A stretch of DNA of 64,000 nucleotides from Meyerozyma guilliermondii. Lineage: Eukaryota. Within the stretch, counting starts at the first letter, position 1. Every line of letters begins with the position of its first letter. Location of the stretch: the NCBI GenBank assembly GCA_051546255.1, contig CP128818.1:186001-250000 (forward strand). Direction: 5' to 3'. The position numbers and the translations under genes were made by a program. The notes below the pieces were generated by a model. It saw only the letters and a list, made by a program, of their open reading frames with translations. It was not told the origin of the DNA and did no database searches. Below, one piece after another: positions 20,681 to 32,800 of this stretch.

Positions 20681-22051
20681 TCACCTTTCTACGGCATCAA
20701 AGTACTCTTGAACAAACGTCGACGACCGGCGATATCGGCGCTCCAGGTACTTGTCGAAGATGGCCTTGTGGTTAGTTTCGGCATTGCGACAATTCTGTAA
20801 CAAAACCTCTGCTAATGGACGCAATTGAGTTTCCGTATACCCGGAATAAAATACATGAGCTTCCGACCAAGATCCCCGGCCCAAAAGTTTCCTCAGCAAA
20901 TAGTGTGCCCCCGCTGCGAGCCAGCTGGGCTGCGATGCTACAAATCGTGAGTCCATGATAGTGATCTCAAGAAAGTATTTGGCAAGGGTTCTGGTTTCGT
21001 AATCGTAGTCATCGGCTTTGGAGGTTCTTCTTAAGAACGACATGGGACCTGGCCATCCCATATCAAACTCTAGCACGTCTATCATGAACCGCTCTGCCTT
21101 GAGAAAGTCGTCCACCAGATAGGCGTTATCTGCCATGTATGCTACTTCTTGTACGGTTGGACAATTGATTTCTTCATATTTTGCAGCAATGAACAAAGCA
21201 ACCGCACCAACAAGTTGGAACCGGGAAAGGCTCACTTTTCTCTTGGAGAGGAACCGATCGATATAATTGACAGTGAGAAAAAGCGTTTCTGGTAACAAGT
21301 TGAATCGACTGTGTACTTGAACCACCCAGTCAATTAATACACTTCTCATCTCCCATTTGAGTTCATCCTGACTGTCCATATAGTATGCATCGGGTAAGAG
21401 CCGGTGCTCAAGCTCGTGCATGTAATTAAAGATTTCCGGGGCATATTCAGCCACCATGGTTACGTCGTAAGTGTCCTCATCATTTTCGTCAAGTGTCGAT
21501 CTTGTCATTTTTCTCATGACATATTGGAGCTCGTTGAAGATGGCTTTGCTCCATTTGGGTTCCATGGGTTGTGTGGATGACACTTCTTCATCGGAATCGG
21601 CGGCGCCTTCTGAAGTAAAATCAACCTTGTCCAATGGGTCCAGAAGACCCGGTTTGAGCTGCTCTGACTCGCCCAATTGGCTCAATTGGCGCTCCTGGCC
21701 CGCTACCACCTTTTCTTCAAGGCGGTGGTCCGGTTCCAACTCCTCAAACTCCTCTCCTCCAAATTCATCGAGGCCCGGCAGTTCGTGGAATTTTGTTGAT
21801 CCGGTGGCTAACCGGTCAAAATGCTGTTTAAGGAGATCGTCCGAGTGCTCAGCCGGCCCGGGAGGCAAGTTTTCCTTATTAGAAACACATGTGTTGTCAT
21901 CATCCGTGTCATCGTTGGACGTGACGTCAAGACGAAGACGTTTCGGGTGCAGTTTATATGGGTGGATTCGCTTTTGATCGCGCCGGAGGTTGTCGTTGAC
22001 CTGCGTGGTGACATCGTGAAGCGCTCTGCGCTTTTCTTCGTAAGATTTCAT
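20681..22051 (-). CDS. CLB4: B-type cyclin (Clb3/Clb4 class)
   Basis: D-box RRALHDVTT, KEN box, cyclin box MRSVLIDWVVQVH, FQLVGAVALFIAAKYEE, PGPMSFLRRTSKADDYD. Confidence 0.93.
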   Translation of the reverse strand: MKSYEEKRRALHDVTTQVNDNLRRDQKRIHPYKLHPKRLRLDVTSNDDTDDDNTCVSNKENLPPGPAEHSDDLLKQHFDRLATGSTKFHELPGLDEFGGEEFEELEPDHRLEEKVVAGQERQLSQLGESEQLKPGLLDPLDKVDFTSEGAADSDEEVSSTQPMEPKWSKAIFNELQYVMRKMTRSTLDENDEDTYDVTMVAEYAPEIFNYMHELEHRLLPDAYYMDSQDELKWEMRSVLIDWVVQVHSRFNLLPETLFLTVNYIDRFLSKRKVSLSRFQLVGAVALFIAAKYEEINCPTVQEVAYMADNAYLVDDFLKAERFMIDVLEFDMGWPGPMSFLRRTSKADDYDYETRTLAKYFLEITIMDSRFVASQPSWLAAGAHYLLRKLLGRGSWSEAHVFYSGYTETQLRPLAEVLLQNCRNAETNHKAIFDKYLERRYRRSSTFVQEYFDAVER

Positions 22052-22652
22052 GGGTCAAAATGGAATTTTAACGGAAAAAAATGACAAAATTATGATGAAG
22101 AAAACAAGACCCAAATATGAATATGCGGTAAAAGAATGTATTTAGTTGGATATCGGGGTTGTTATCTGAAGTGCACAGGCGTTTGCACGGTCCAGTAAAG
22201 TTTGAAAGGAGAAAAAGTGACCCTGAACGAGTTAACGTGAAAACAAAATTAGGTTGGTATTTGTTTTGTGGTGGTAAACACGCCTGCACATGGCGACCGC
22301 GAATGGCGTTGGGTGCAGGGGTGTACTCGCGAGGGAGGAGCGAGCGACGAGCGAGCAACGACACGAAGAAATGAAAAAATCAACAAATTGAGCAATTGAG
22401 ACAACTGAAAAAAATCCTTAACAATGCAATTGAGGAACTTTTGACATTTTAACTCACCCCGTTGTTCAATTTGATAGTGATATAAGTTGGTGTTTGGATG
22501 TCTCTATCGACCTGCATATACCCTCGCGATTCCATCTTCGCATCTTTTGTTGGCGTCTTATTACTCATATTCGCGTTCACCTAACTTCACTTCATATTTC
22601 ATTTCCTTCCTTCGCTTCCCCTCTTTCCTTTCCCTTTTCTTCTTCACTTCTC

Positions 22653-22997
22653 ATGCTTTGGGATTCAAACCTCGGTCCCATATCCGTTTCTGGAAACCTC
22701 GTTGACAACCAAACAAGATGCACCCATTACCATTCGCCACTCGATGTCGTCGCCATCAAGTTTCCATGTTGCGACATCTTCTACCCATGCTACCAGTGTC
22801 ACGAGAGCACCGCAGATCATCCAGCAAAAAAATGGCTGCGAAATTTACTTGAAAATACTCCGGTGGTGTTGTGTGGCGTTTGCCGTCACGTTCTCACCCA
22901 TGCACAATACACGGGAAATAATGACCGATGCATCAATTGCGGAACGGGATTTAATCCGGGATGCAAAAACCACAGCCATATCTACTTTGGTTGCTAA
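22653..22997 (+). CDS. HOT13: CHY zinc-finger protein Hot13
   Basis: VDNQTRCTHYHSPLDVVAIKFPCC..YPCYQCH...LCGVC...CINCGTGFNPGCKNH. Confidence 0.88.
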   Translation: MLWDSNLGPISVSGNLVDNQTRCTHYHSPLDVVAIKFPCCDIFYPCYQCHESTADHPAKKWLRNLLENTPVVLCGVCRHVLTHAQYTGNNDRCINCGTGFNPGCKNHSHIYFGC

Positions 22998-23081
22998 AAA
23001 AAGGTACTGCATATTGTGTGTACTGCATACCTCATGCTGATGCGCTCCGCCAAGATCGATCCCCGGACGTTGCGCTGAATC

Positions 23082-23714
23082 ATGACGCCGCCCAAAACCA
23101 TTGTCATCGTTTCCTCGCTCAACAGGGACGACTTTGTGGTTGCTGGCAACCGTCTGATTCTGGTTGTGGACGAAATCAAACTTAATGTCCTAAATCAAGC
23201 TGTTGACGGCAACCGTGATTACTACCTTCAGCATATCACCCTGTGGTCCAATTTGGCATTTTTGCACCGTATAATCATCATTCTCGATGACGAGACTGCC
23301 GCCCAGCAATTGAGCGAGTTTTTGGCGTCGCTACATGTTCTGAGCGATGCTCGGATCAATTTGCAAGAAAATCTTCTTCTGAGATCTCGTTCATTTGACA
23401 ACTTTCATACCCATAAAGTTCAAGAAGAAAACACATTGGGGACTCAGGATAGCTTGAAACGATTCCGCAACTTCCATAATGGCTTGGGTGGGGATTATGA
23501 GGAGCCTGAACCGCAACCTTTCAGTGCTTACGAAGACTTGCAAAAACTTGGAATTGATTTGTCTGAATTTAACTCTGAGGAACAACTACAAGAATTGAAG
23601 GAAGGAGGTGTAAAGCGAAGCCGGTCCGTCACCAAAACCTTGTTCAAACCAAAGAAAGATGAATTCGATGGTCCTCCACAATCGCCGACTATCACACTTG
23701 ACGAGACTTTTTGA
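23082..23714 (+). CDS. RCN2: Calcipressin-like calcineurin regulator
   Basis: RRM-like N-terminus (WSNLAFLHRIIII), YEEPEP, C-terminal SPTITLDE PxIxIT-like motif. Confidence 0.6.
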   Translation: MTPPKTIVIVSSLNRDDFVVAGNRLILVVDEIKLNVLNQAVDGNRDYYLQHITLWSNLAFLHRIIIILDDETAAQQLSEFLASLHVLSDARINLQENLLLRSRSFDNFHTHKVQEENTLGTQDSLKRFRNFHNGLGGDYEEPEPQPFSAYEDLQKLGIDLSEFNSEEQLQELKEGGVKRSRSVTKTLFKPKKDEFDGPPQSPTITLDETF

Positions 23715-23922
23715 CTGCATTCGCTAATAAAATTTGCCAAAAAACCAATTGCTAGACTATCACCAAAACTGGATTACTATTGCTATACTTGCTACTATCT
23801 GCTACTACTTACTTCTTCTTTTGCTTCTGCTTTTGCTTCTGCTTTTGCTTCTGCTTCGTTTCGCTATCTCGTTCCTGCACACACCGCGCACTCCTTCATT
23901 GCAAATCTCCTTCTCACCACTC

Positions 23923-25092
23923 ATGAAGTTTGTTGTCACTGTCACGGCCCTCTTGACGGCCCTTGGTGCCTGTGTCGCCGAAAATCGGTCTCCAGATGAC
24001 GTAGCGGTGTATGAATTGAATTCCCGTGCTTCAGATCGTATACCCACAGTTCTGGGTGAAGACGCCTTGATGTACTTGGCCGATAAACTCGATATTTCCG
24101 ACCAATTTCTGGTGGGTTCCGACTCTACTTTCGGAGATTTCATCAGCTCGAAGGCACCTCTTCGTAGTAAGCAAGAAAAACCGGATATGGTGGTGGTAAT
24201 CAATGGAGCAAATAATCTTTTCGACACTCCATCGTTCAAAGTCGCAGATAAAGACGGACATTTTCACCGCTCTGTGGCTCGCCACCTCTTTAGAAAGAAA
24301 GCTACTGGGGGTCTGGCACTGGAATTGACTCTGGAAATCAGAGTTGTGGCGCCAAGCGTCAAATCTTCGTCGTTAGTTGACCATTTCCGACTCTTCGACG
24401 ACCGTCTAGTTGGTCTCTGGCAACACTATACCGGCCACAGACAAGCGGTTTTGGGAGGTGTGAGTGGAATTAGCGACCGGTTGTTTGTCAACGAGTTATC
24501 GCAGTTGGTTCACCTTGACGAAGTTGCGGCCGATAACCAAACCACGGTTTTTATGACCCTCGTATCTTTGCTGTCGGTAGGACGCAAGGCCGGATTCGAC
24601 TCCCACAGCTACAATACCGCATGTAGTGTTGTCAGCGATTTATTGACTTCGTTGGCTCAAAAGTACGACGTGGTGGTGGTGGCAGTTCCCGAAAATCACC
24701 TCCAAAAAGCCGTCGACAAACATATGCAAAAACGCAATTTGGAGCTTGCAACTGTGTTCAAGCGTACTTCTGGGTCCTCTAGTTGCTTCACATCACAAGA
24801 AGCTTGTGAGGCTGGCACTTCCAAGTGCAGCGGCCATGGAAAATGTATCGAGAGTGGAAAAGAATGCTGGTCTTGTGGTTGTAGTCCTACCAAAAAAGAC
24901 GGAAAAACCACCATTTGGGCCGGTTTCGACTGCAGCAAAAAGGATATTTCTGCTCAGGCCCACATCCTCCTCTGGACAGGATTGGTTTTGATTGTCACTG
25001 TCGGGGCCGGAATTAAGTTGTTGGCGGGTATCGGATCGGAAACATTGCCGGGAGTACTTGATGCTGCAACCCTCAAGAAATCACAACAGTAA
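23923..25092 (+). CDS. Type I membrane protein with DUF3844-like Cys-rich domain
   Basis: Signal peptide; CFTSQEACEAGTSKCSGHGKC...CWSCGC...WAGFDCSKKDIS; TM; GSETLPGVL tail. Confidence 0.85.
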   Translation: MKFVVTVTALLTALGACVAENRSPDDVAVYELNSRASDRIPTVLGEDALMYLADKLDISDQFLVGSDSTFGDFISSKAPLRSKQEKPDMVVVINGANNLFDTPSFKVADKDGHFHRSVARHLFRKKATGGLALELTLEIRVVAPSVKSSSLVDHFRLFDDRLVGLWQHYTGHRQAVLGGVSGISDRLFVNELSQLVHLDEVAADNQTTVFMTLVSLLSVGRKAGFDSHSYNTACSVVSDLLTSLAQKYDVVVVAVPENHLQKAVDKHMQKRNLELATVFKRTSGSSSCFTSQEACEAGTSKCSGHGKCIESGKECWSCGCSPTKKDGKTTIWAGFDCSKKDISAQAHILLWTGLVLIVTVGAGIKLLAGIGSETLPGVLDAATLKKSQQ

Positions 25093-25265
25093 CCTGCTAC
25101 ATTGACCTGCTCAATTACTACATTACATTGCTACTATTGCTACTACTTGCTACTGTCTGCTACCATCTGCTACTATCTGCTACTCCTACTTATCTCTCTC
25201 TTGCTTGGCGCTCATCCAGACACCAGCGCCTATTCACCTCCGCATTCTCCTCCGTTCTTCACAAC

Positions 25266-25997
25266 ATGGGCTTTACACGGAAACCATTGACCAGCGCCTT
25301 TGCGCTCCTCACGATCATAGGCGTGGTTCTCTTTATGACCAGCTCGTCTCCGGAGTCATCTTTAGGAGCCGCAGTGCCCATAAATTTACAAAAATATGGA
25401 CTCTCTCAGCCTATTTTGGAAGACAAATCTCCACAAAAAGTGGCCCATTTCAACACCGCCCAAGAGTTGGAAGTCACAGATACTAGTGACGTCAGCACAG
25501 GAGAAAAGGAGGGAGTTTCCATGCAAGAAAGTGACGAAACCCCGGAATTAACCGACACTCCATTCATGCCTAAAATGGCAAATGAAACCTTAAAAGCTCA
25601 GTTGGGAAACGCTGCTTGGAAACTCTTTCACACCATTTTAGCGAGGTACCCCGAGAAGCCGTCTCTGAGAGAACAGGCTACTTTGGGTCAGTATTTATAC
25701 TCTTTCTCCCAAGTATATCCATGTGGAGATTGTGCTCGTCACTTTCAGGAACTTTTAACCAAGTATCCTCCCCAGGTGAAAAGCAGGAAAACAGCAGCAC
25801 TTTGGGGATGCCATATGCACAACAAAGTCAACGAAAGATTGGGAAAAGATGAGTATGATTGTACTACAATTTTGACCGATTATGATTGTGGATGTGGAGG
25901 AGACGAGAAAGAACAAGACGAGACATTGGGTGGAAGCATGGACGATCTTCGAAGCATCAAGGTGGATGAGGTTGGAGCAGAGAAAGAGTTGGGTTGA
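25266..25997 (+). CDS. ERV2: ER FAD-linked sulfhydryl oxidase
   Basis: N-terminal TM; LGNAAWKLFHT, YPCGDCARHF, WGCHMHNKVNERLGK, YDCGC. Confidence 0.95.
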   Translation: MGFTRKPLTSAFALLTIIGVVLFMTSSSPESSLGAAVPINLQKYGLSQPILEDKSPQKVAHFNTAQELEVTDTSDVSTGEKEGVSMQESDETPELTDTPFMPKMANETLKAQLGNAAWKLFHTILARYPEKPSLREQATLGQYLYSFSQVYPCGDCARHFQELLTKYPPQVKSRKTAALWGCHMHNKVNERLGKDEYDCTTILTDYDCGCGGDEKEQDETLGGSMDDLRSIKVDEVGAEKELG

Positions 25998-26139
25998 ATG
26001 GTGGTTGATGAATTGTATAATGGCATTTATGATGTTTGCTTACCAGTGAAAAATGATAATAAATGTGATGAATGTAAGAGAATTTTGGTAGCTTAGTATC
26101 ACATGTATTAAACATATCGTTATCAGAGACTTTGTCAAG

Positions 26140-26178
26140 GAACTCGTTATGAACTCGTTATGAACTCGTTATGAACTC
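26140..26178. repeat. 11-bp tandem repeat GAACTCGTTAT x3.5
   Basis: gaactcgttatgaactcgttatgaactcgttatgaactc just 3' of STE18. Confidence 0.9.
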
Positions 26179-26187
26179 CCCATCGCA

Positions 26188-26481
26188 TTACATTATCGTG
26201 CAACAACCCGGCTCTGGCATCGACCGTTTGGTCTTCTCGTACTCCTGGTACCGGCTCTGGTACTTCCAGCGGCCAGGGATGAGCCAATCGGGAGTGTCTT
26301 GGGCATAAGCGCTGATTCTGAGTTAGCATTGAACCAAGAAACGAAAAATTGATACTGACAATCTGCTGGCATTGGAAGTGGAAATACGTTCACGCAACAA
26401 AGATTCTTTGAGTTTAGCATTGAGTTCGAGGATCCTTCGAAGCTTGAGCTCCGATATCCGTTCGGCCAATTGTTGTTCCAT
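26188..26481 (-). CDS. STE18: G-protein gamma subunit; two exons 26481-26360 and 26317-26188, 42-nt intron 26359-26318
   Basis: Spliced product MEQQLAERISELKLRRILELNAKLKESLLRERISTSNASRLISAYAQDTPDWLIP...GCCTIM (CCaaX); intron GTCAGT...GCTAAC-TCAG. Confidence 0.9.
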
Positions 26482-26615
26482 AAAGAGGAGGAAAAAGTAC
26501 CACATTTTATAGCCACGCCCAAACACCAAAGTATGGGGAACGCCAGTTCAACTTGCCCATTCTTCTTCCTTCTTGCTTCGCTTCTCTCTTAATCTCTCTC
26601 TCCTTTCCCTCCCTC

Positions 26616-27293
26616 CTACAAAAACACCAACATCAAAATGCACACGGCGATTACCGTCGCCAAAATCAACGTATCTCTACGTCTTCTAGTATTAATCCGC
26701 AGCACCAACACGTTGATTCCCGGAATCAGCTGTACCGTGCTCATCATTCGCAGCTGAGCGTTGCTCAAGTATGCTCGTTGACTGTAAAGTTCGTCTCTGG
26801 TTTGATATGCCTGTTGCAAGAGCCGGTCTGCAAATGAGTTGGCATTGTCGACCCTTACACCCTCTTCCAAGATGTAGTCGTTGGCTGCCGCGTCGCCAGA
26901 CTTTCCCACATTGGTGGTTCGTTGTTTATGGGCATCAATGTCCGATCTAACAGAAAATAACAAGTTGTTGCGATTGCGTTCGTCGGCTATTGTGGTCTCA
27001 ATTTTGCGGAAAGATCGCTGGTGGTCTGCCAACACTTCCTTGTGGCGCTGCATCTGCTGGAGCTTTGAAGTTGAGAGGGAATTGATTTCTGGATCGGTTA
27101 CTCGTTGTAATTTTTGTAAAACTTCTTCGCGTCGATTCAAGATATCGGTGATTTGGTGACGTAAAGTCACCTCTTCTTCATCGGAAGTGGCTTGGTTATC
27201 ATCCTGGTACCGTGAATATCGACCAAGGAGACCCTCTGTCTGTTTTTCAAGCGTCAAAGCCTGCGATCGAATGGAGGTAAATGTGCCAGACAT
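26616..27293 (-). CDS. GOS1: Golgi SNARE Gos1
   Basis: RHKEVLADH, ERNRNNLLFSVRSDI, IPGINVL..RINTRRRRDTLILATVIAVC C-terminal TM. Confidence 0.93.
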   Translation of the reverse strand: MSGTFTSIRSQALTLEKQTEGLLGRYSRYQDDNQATSDEEEVTLRHQITDILNRREEVLQKLQRVTDPEINSLSTSKLQQMQRHKEVLADHQRSFRKIETTIADERNRNNLLFSVRSDIDAHKQRTTNVGKSGDAAANDYILEEGVRVDNANSFADRLLQQAYQTRDELYSQRAYLSNAQLRMMSTVQLIPGINVLVLRINTRRRRDTLILATVIAVCILMLVFL

Positions 27294-27774
27294 GGTTAGG
27301 TGGCAGCACTGCGATCGGAAATGGATGAGTGGTACGCCCAAACACCAGACACGGAAATCGAACGGATGCAAAACGGAATATAGAAAATGCCAAGTGGCAA
27401 ATGGAATAAAGGAAGGTGGATTAAAAATGGGGAGAATTTGAATATTCGGTAGTTTTTTGAATGAATTTTGTCACTGGTGTGTTGATAAGCCAAAGTTCGA
27501 ATTTGGATGCGATTTGAGTAAATTTACATGATTTTGTAAAATGGCAAATTTTTATAATATTGGCAGAGTTGATTGAAAGATTGAGTTTTGATGGATGAGT
27601 TCCGGTGGTAAACCGACAGCTATATCGACCGTAATACCGGGGGTATTTGAGGGTTCCGGGGTATCGGCGGTTCGAGGGTCCGGTGGTATTGGTATCGGCA
27701 GTATATGCACACCGTATGTTTTTTTTGTCTGCAGTACTCCACCTTGGTGACCATTGCCTCTTTGTTCATTGGCC

Positions 27775-28668
27775 ATGACTGTTCAAGATTTGTCTCAGTT
27801 GGTTGCGGTTGCGCCAGAACCTTTGAACGCCAACGACTTGCCCGATCCCACCTTCAATGCCCACTCGCCTCATTCTCATAATGATCCCTGGCTTCGGAAA
27901 ATCATTCGTGTTTTAGTCCCAATTCAGAAATACAGCAGTATGGGATTTGCATCCTTTTTAGGGCTCCATGTAACCTCGGTGGCAATTATACCGGGATTAG
28001 GGGCTCCATTGCCCGAATCTCAGCAGATTTTCGAAATGGGAAGAGCTTTATACCAATGGGCTCCGGTTGAAAAATTCATTTTTATCAGTTTGGGAATTCA
28101 TGTAGTCAGTGGAATTAGTCTTCGAATTGCCAGAACGGTTCTTGGAACCCGCAGAAAGAAGAGGAACAGTTTTGAGCCCATCAAAAGTCCCGAAGACGAC
28201 GATATTGGCCTTGGGGGAATCACCAGTTTACTTGGATTGGGATATAGACGGTCTTGGATCTCCACCCAATTTCCTGGATTAAGTCCATTATCATTTTCCG
28301 GCTATGTTCTTATGCCGTTGCTCGCTTACCACTACTACAAGTTTCGGTTAAGGCCGTTACAGGTGGACGGAGACTCTTCTCTCGTCAATCTTCACTACGT
28401 TGCCTACGTTCTCAAGGGCTCAGTATGGGGTCATATTGGCAATTGGGTCAATACCTTGCTGTTGGCAGGTTTGGTATGGGTTACTATGTACCATTGGGTC
28501 AGTGGAGTGATGAGATACCAACGTTGGTTCAGTGCTAGGAGTAGATGGTGGGGGTACGTTGTGATCAATTCGGTGACGGCGCTCGCCATGGTATCCATCA
28601 CCAGGCTCCGTATGCTAAAGCTCGATACAGATTATGTGGGAAGACACTTTATGGCGTATGTTCAGTGA
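27775..28668 (+). CDS. MCP1: Mitochondrial outer-membrane protein Mcp1-like
   Basis: IQKYSS...FLGLH, MGRALYQ, HVVSGI, multiple TMs; next to ISU and HER1/GIP3 as in S. cerevisiae. Confidence 0.75.
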   Translation: MTVQDLSQLVAVAPEPLNANDLPDPTFNAHSPHSHNDPWLRKIIRVLVPIQKYSSMGFASFLGLHVTSVAIIPGLGAPLPESQQIFEMGRALYQWAPVEKFIFISLGIHVVSGISLRIARTVLGTRRKKRNSFEPIKSPEDDDIGLGGITSLLGLGYRRSWISTQFPGLSPLSFSGYVLMPLLAYHYYKFRLRPLQVDGDSSLVNLHYVAYVLKGSVWGHIGNWVNTLLLAGLVWVTMYHWVSGVMRYQRWFSARSRWWGYVVINSVTALAMVSITRLRMLKLDTDYVGRHFMAYVQ

Positions 28669-28933
28669 GCCAGCTACTTGTTAATGACCAAATTGTTGAG
28701 CATAATCTTTCTTTGAAAGACTATTATCGTTACCACATTCAGTGGAAAATCCAGTCGATTCAGAACATTTTCACCTCCATGAGACACAAATAATTTTTCA
28801 GTGAACTACAATTCAAATACTTTTTGTCAGTGAATTTTTCACTTAGTGAGTTTTCTTTCACTAGTGCCATGTTTCTCTGATCTGTTACTGTCTACATTGC
28901 TCAACATACAATCCATTCATACTATATCAATTC

Positions 28934-29485
28934 CTAAGCAGTGGCTTCAGCTGGCTGCGCATCGGGACCAAGGGTTGGCTTGGTGTTTCTCTTGGATCTG
29001 TAATCCTTGACAGCACTCTTGATGGCATCCTCGGCCAACATCGAACAATGCAATTTCACTGGTGGTAATGACAATTCCTTGGCAATGGCAGTGTTTTTAA
29101 TTTTCAATGCTTCATCCAAACTCTTACCCTTCACAAGCTCAGTCACATATGAAGAAGATGCAATGGCAGAACCACAACCGAAAGTCTTGAATTTGACATC
29201 CTGAATAAGTCCTGTTTTTTCATCAACGGCAATTTGAAGTCTCATAACATCGCCACACGCTGGAGCACCAACCAATCCGGTTCCTACATTGATATCATTC
29301 TTGTCCAAAGTACCAACGTTTCTTGGATTTTGATAATGATCAAGGACTTTTTCATGATAGCTTCTCTTTGCAAAAACGGGTCCGGAACTAGCTACGGCAA
29401 TTCCACCGGATCTCATCATTATGGGACTCCTAATAGTGGTTCTCGCCACTAAGGGTACACTTCTTAAAATCGTTCTAGAAAGCAT
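28934..29485 (-). CDS. ISU1: Fe-S cluster scaffold Isu1
   Basis: YHEKVLDHYQNPRNVG, GAPACGDVM, KTFGCGSAIASSS, LPPVKLHCSMLAEDA. Confidence 0.98.
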   Translation of the reverse strand: MLSRTILRSVPLVARTTIRSPIMMRSGGIAVASSGPVFAKRSYHEKVLDHYQNPRNVGTLDKNDINVGTGLVGAPACGDVMRLQIAVDEKTGLIQDVKFKTFGCGSAIASSSYVTELVKGKSLDEALKIKNTAIAKELSLPPVKLHCSMLAEDAIKSAVKDYRSKRNTKPTLGPDAQPAEATA

Positions 29486-29871
29486 TATTGTTGTCGGAAG
29501 TTGTTCAGTAGTTTGTTATGAATAGTTTTATCCGAGCAGATGATTAATATACAACGAGACACTTGAACGGAATTTGTAATTTAGCCGAAATATCCAATTA
29601 CCAATCGCACCTTTTTTATCAGATTGAACAAAGCGGTGCGCGCACGCTTGCTCCGCAACGGAAATGACGCTGACGTAAGCATGGTCATTTCGGCCAATCT
29701 CCTAAATTGAAAATCGTTCGCATGAGATGCACCCAGTACACCATCACATCTCGTTTGCCCATGCACGCATCCGGACCCCACGCCAGCATCGACTGATACG
29801 GATAACGAAGGCCATTGCTGTAATTGAGGTTGATCTTTTGGATTCAAAGTTAGAATTACCCTCGGTTCATC

Positions 29872-32800
29872 ATGACAGATCCGACCTCGTCAACTCCTTC
29901 GTCGACCGGAAATGGAGGACCGAGTGCAACCATTACTACCGGAAATCAAGTGCCACCCGACTATGATTCCGGGGTGACCAACGGCGATGTCGACTGGTTA
30001 TTCCGAGGGAAGTCGAAAAAGCTCACGAAAAAATTAAACAACGCGAACATTGATAAAGAACGTCGTTCCAGTGTTATTTCGAGAGAAACCGAATCCAAGG
30101 ACAAAACTACCTTGAATTCTACTAAGAGTACCCCAGTGAATGAACCTATAAAAGAAAATCCGGCCGAAAACGACGAGAAAGTCGAAAAAAACGACCAAGA
30201 AATATCAAATTCAGGATCGAATCTCCCCGAAAAAACGTCAAAAGAAGCTAATGAAACCACCGAAAAGCAGACGACACCGGTGGTTGTTCCGAAAAGTAAA
30301 TTGGGCCGGATTCGGTCATCCTCAACGTCACTTTTGGGCACATTGAACCCCGAATCTTCTCTTCCCAGAAGGCGAGGAAGCACCTCTTCTGCTGCTTCAG
30401 GATCATCTGTTTCTTCATCTTGCGACACCGACGAGTCTTCTGCAACGAAACCTGGATCTGGAGGCAAAACTAGGTCACTTTTCAGCAGTTTTTCATTAAA
30501 GTTCAAATCTTCAACTCCGTCTTTATCAACGTCTCCAAAGAATAATATCGCCCCAGTTTCGGCACACAACAGCTACTCGCTCACAGGAATGCCCAGTGTG
30601 TCGTCGACTCCCAGCGCCAAAATTAACACCAATTTGATAGGTTCACTGTCCACTCACGATGCACTTGCATCACTCACAAAAGACGATAGATCACGAAGAA
30701 GTCTGGTTTCTCGAACCGAGTCGCCTTCCTCTAGCTTTGAGAAGGAAAAGGGCCGTTTTTTTCGTCGCCGGCTGTCACAGTCTACTCTGGCTGATCGAGA
30801 CACAATTCGTGAATCAGTAAAGCCGCGAGTAGTGCTCAACAAAGACCCCAATAGAAAACCACCTCCGCTCCCTGAACTTAGCCAATTGAGCACCAAAAGA
30901 GTCAACTTTGCCATCGATAAGCTTCCCAACGATCCCCAGCAGCAGATTCCTTCGCGAAGACCGAGAAAGGGAAACGTACTAATTCCTGAAGAACTCACAG
31001 CACCACCACCAAAGCTTTCTCAGGGCATTTCCACCATGGATGGCACCAAGTCGACCATCAAAAAACCATACTCGGAGCGGGAGCTCCAATTGGCTATCGA
31101 AGCCCAGAAAAAAGCTCTCATAGAGTCGGAGAAACACGGCCAGGAAGCGTACTTGGCAGCCAAGAAAATTGCCAATGAAGTGGCTCATTTTGGTCGCAGA
31201 ATGGACGGTACCACCTTGGTAGCCGAGTCCGATGACGAAGAAGACGATGTTATGGAAACCAGCTCCACGGTAGAAAACGACATCGAAATCGATAAACCAC
31301 TTCATGTTCATGAAAATCATTTCGAACCCGAGGAAGACGCCCCTGATGGTCAAGACGAAGAACTGTCGCTAGAAACGGTTTATACTCGTTGCTGCCATTT
31401 ACGGGAAATCTTACCGATTCCTGCCACCTTGAAACAACTCAAGAACAAATCGCGGCCTCTTCAAGTGTTGAAATTGCTCAATCCCAAACCAACGTTGATC
31501 GATGTTTTGTCGTTCAGTGATTTCATTGCCATAACCCCCATCAACACCGTGATATTCGACAATGTTTCCATGACCACCGAGATGCTCAAACACTTTCTTT
31601 CGTCGTTGGTATACAACAAATCGCTTGAAAAATTGTCGCTCCGCAACGTTGCAATCGACGATCTTGGGTGGAAGTATCTCTGTGACTTTCTCTCTCGCAA
31701 CCAGACCGTCAAAAAGTTGGATATTTCTCAGCAAAAGGTGAAACCAGACACCCCCAGCAACGCCATTCGGTCCAATATGAACTGGAATTTATTCATCAAG
31801 TCATTGGTAATACGAGGCGGTTTGGAAGAACTCGTTTTAAATGGATGTAAGCTTTCTGACCAGCAATTCACCCGCCTTATGAAGGAAGCCATCGTGACCT
31901 CGACAAGAAGACTCGGACTCGCATCGGTCGAGCTCAACAAATACAAGGCTCAACTCGTCAGCGATTGGATTTCCCAGCCGGATTCCTTGTGTATGGGTGT
32001 GGACGTAGCTTTCAACGACTTGAGCCACGGCCAGCTTGACCCTTTTATCAATGCTTTTAGCAAAGGCAATCGAAACTTGCGGTACTTTTCACTAAACTCG
32101 ACCAAGTTGAACGATGTGAATGAGTTCTCACGGCTTCTTGAAGCGCTAATTCACATCGAAACCTTGCGGTTTTTGGACTTGAGTTCTTTGCCAGATTTGT
32201 TTCCCGGCATAATTCCTCGTCTCAACACCTATCTTCCCCAGTTTCCAAATCTCAAAAGAATCCATTTTGATCTCAATGAACTTTCGGCCCAGGCTATCAG
32301 TGCTATTGCTGATATCATTGCGAAAGTGGACGGCTTGGTCCATGTTTCATTTTTGGGTAACAGAAACCTCGAAGGCGAAGCTATGGCCTCACTATACTCA
32401 GCGGTGAAGGTTTCTAAATCGCTTTTCACCTTGGATATCGACTACGATTTGGTGTCTGACGACTTTTCGCAAAGATTGGCGTTCTACTTGACGAGAAACA
32501 TGAGTCGTGCCATGAATGTGGAGTACCATTTGCCCACCGAAGAACAAGAGGAACTCATGTTTGACGGCTCACTACTCATGGAAACGGCCGAGCGACTTTT
32601 GGTGGAGAATGAAAAGGGCATAGAAAAGAAAGAAGACTTGAAATTAAAGAAGATTGTTGCCGATGCTCTCATTGAAAGAACAGAAGCGCTCCGCAAGGAT
32701 ATTCATACAACCATCGACAGGCTCTTTGAAAAACGTAACAACAACCAGTTATCGTTTGAAGGAAAGGAAAATCTCATTCGGTTCTGTCTTCTCGATGCCT

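Noticed and set aside
23734..23922. Poly-Leu N-terminal extension of the DUF3844 gene
   Set aside because: Produced by a CTTTTGCTTCTG tandem repeat upstream of the real signal-peptide ATG at 23923
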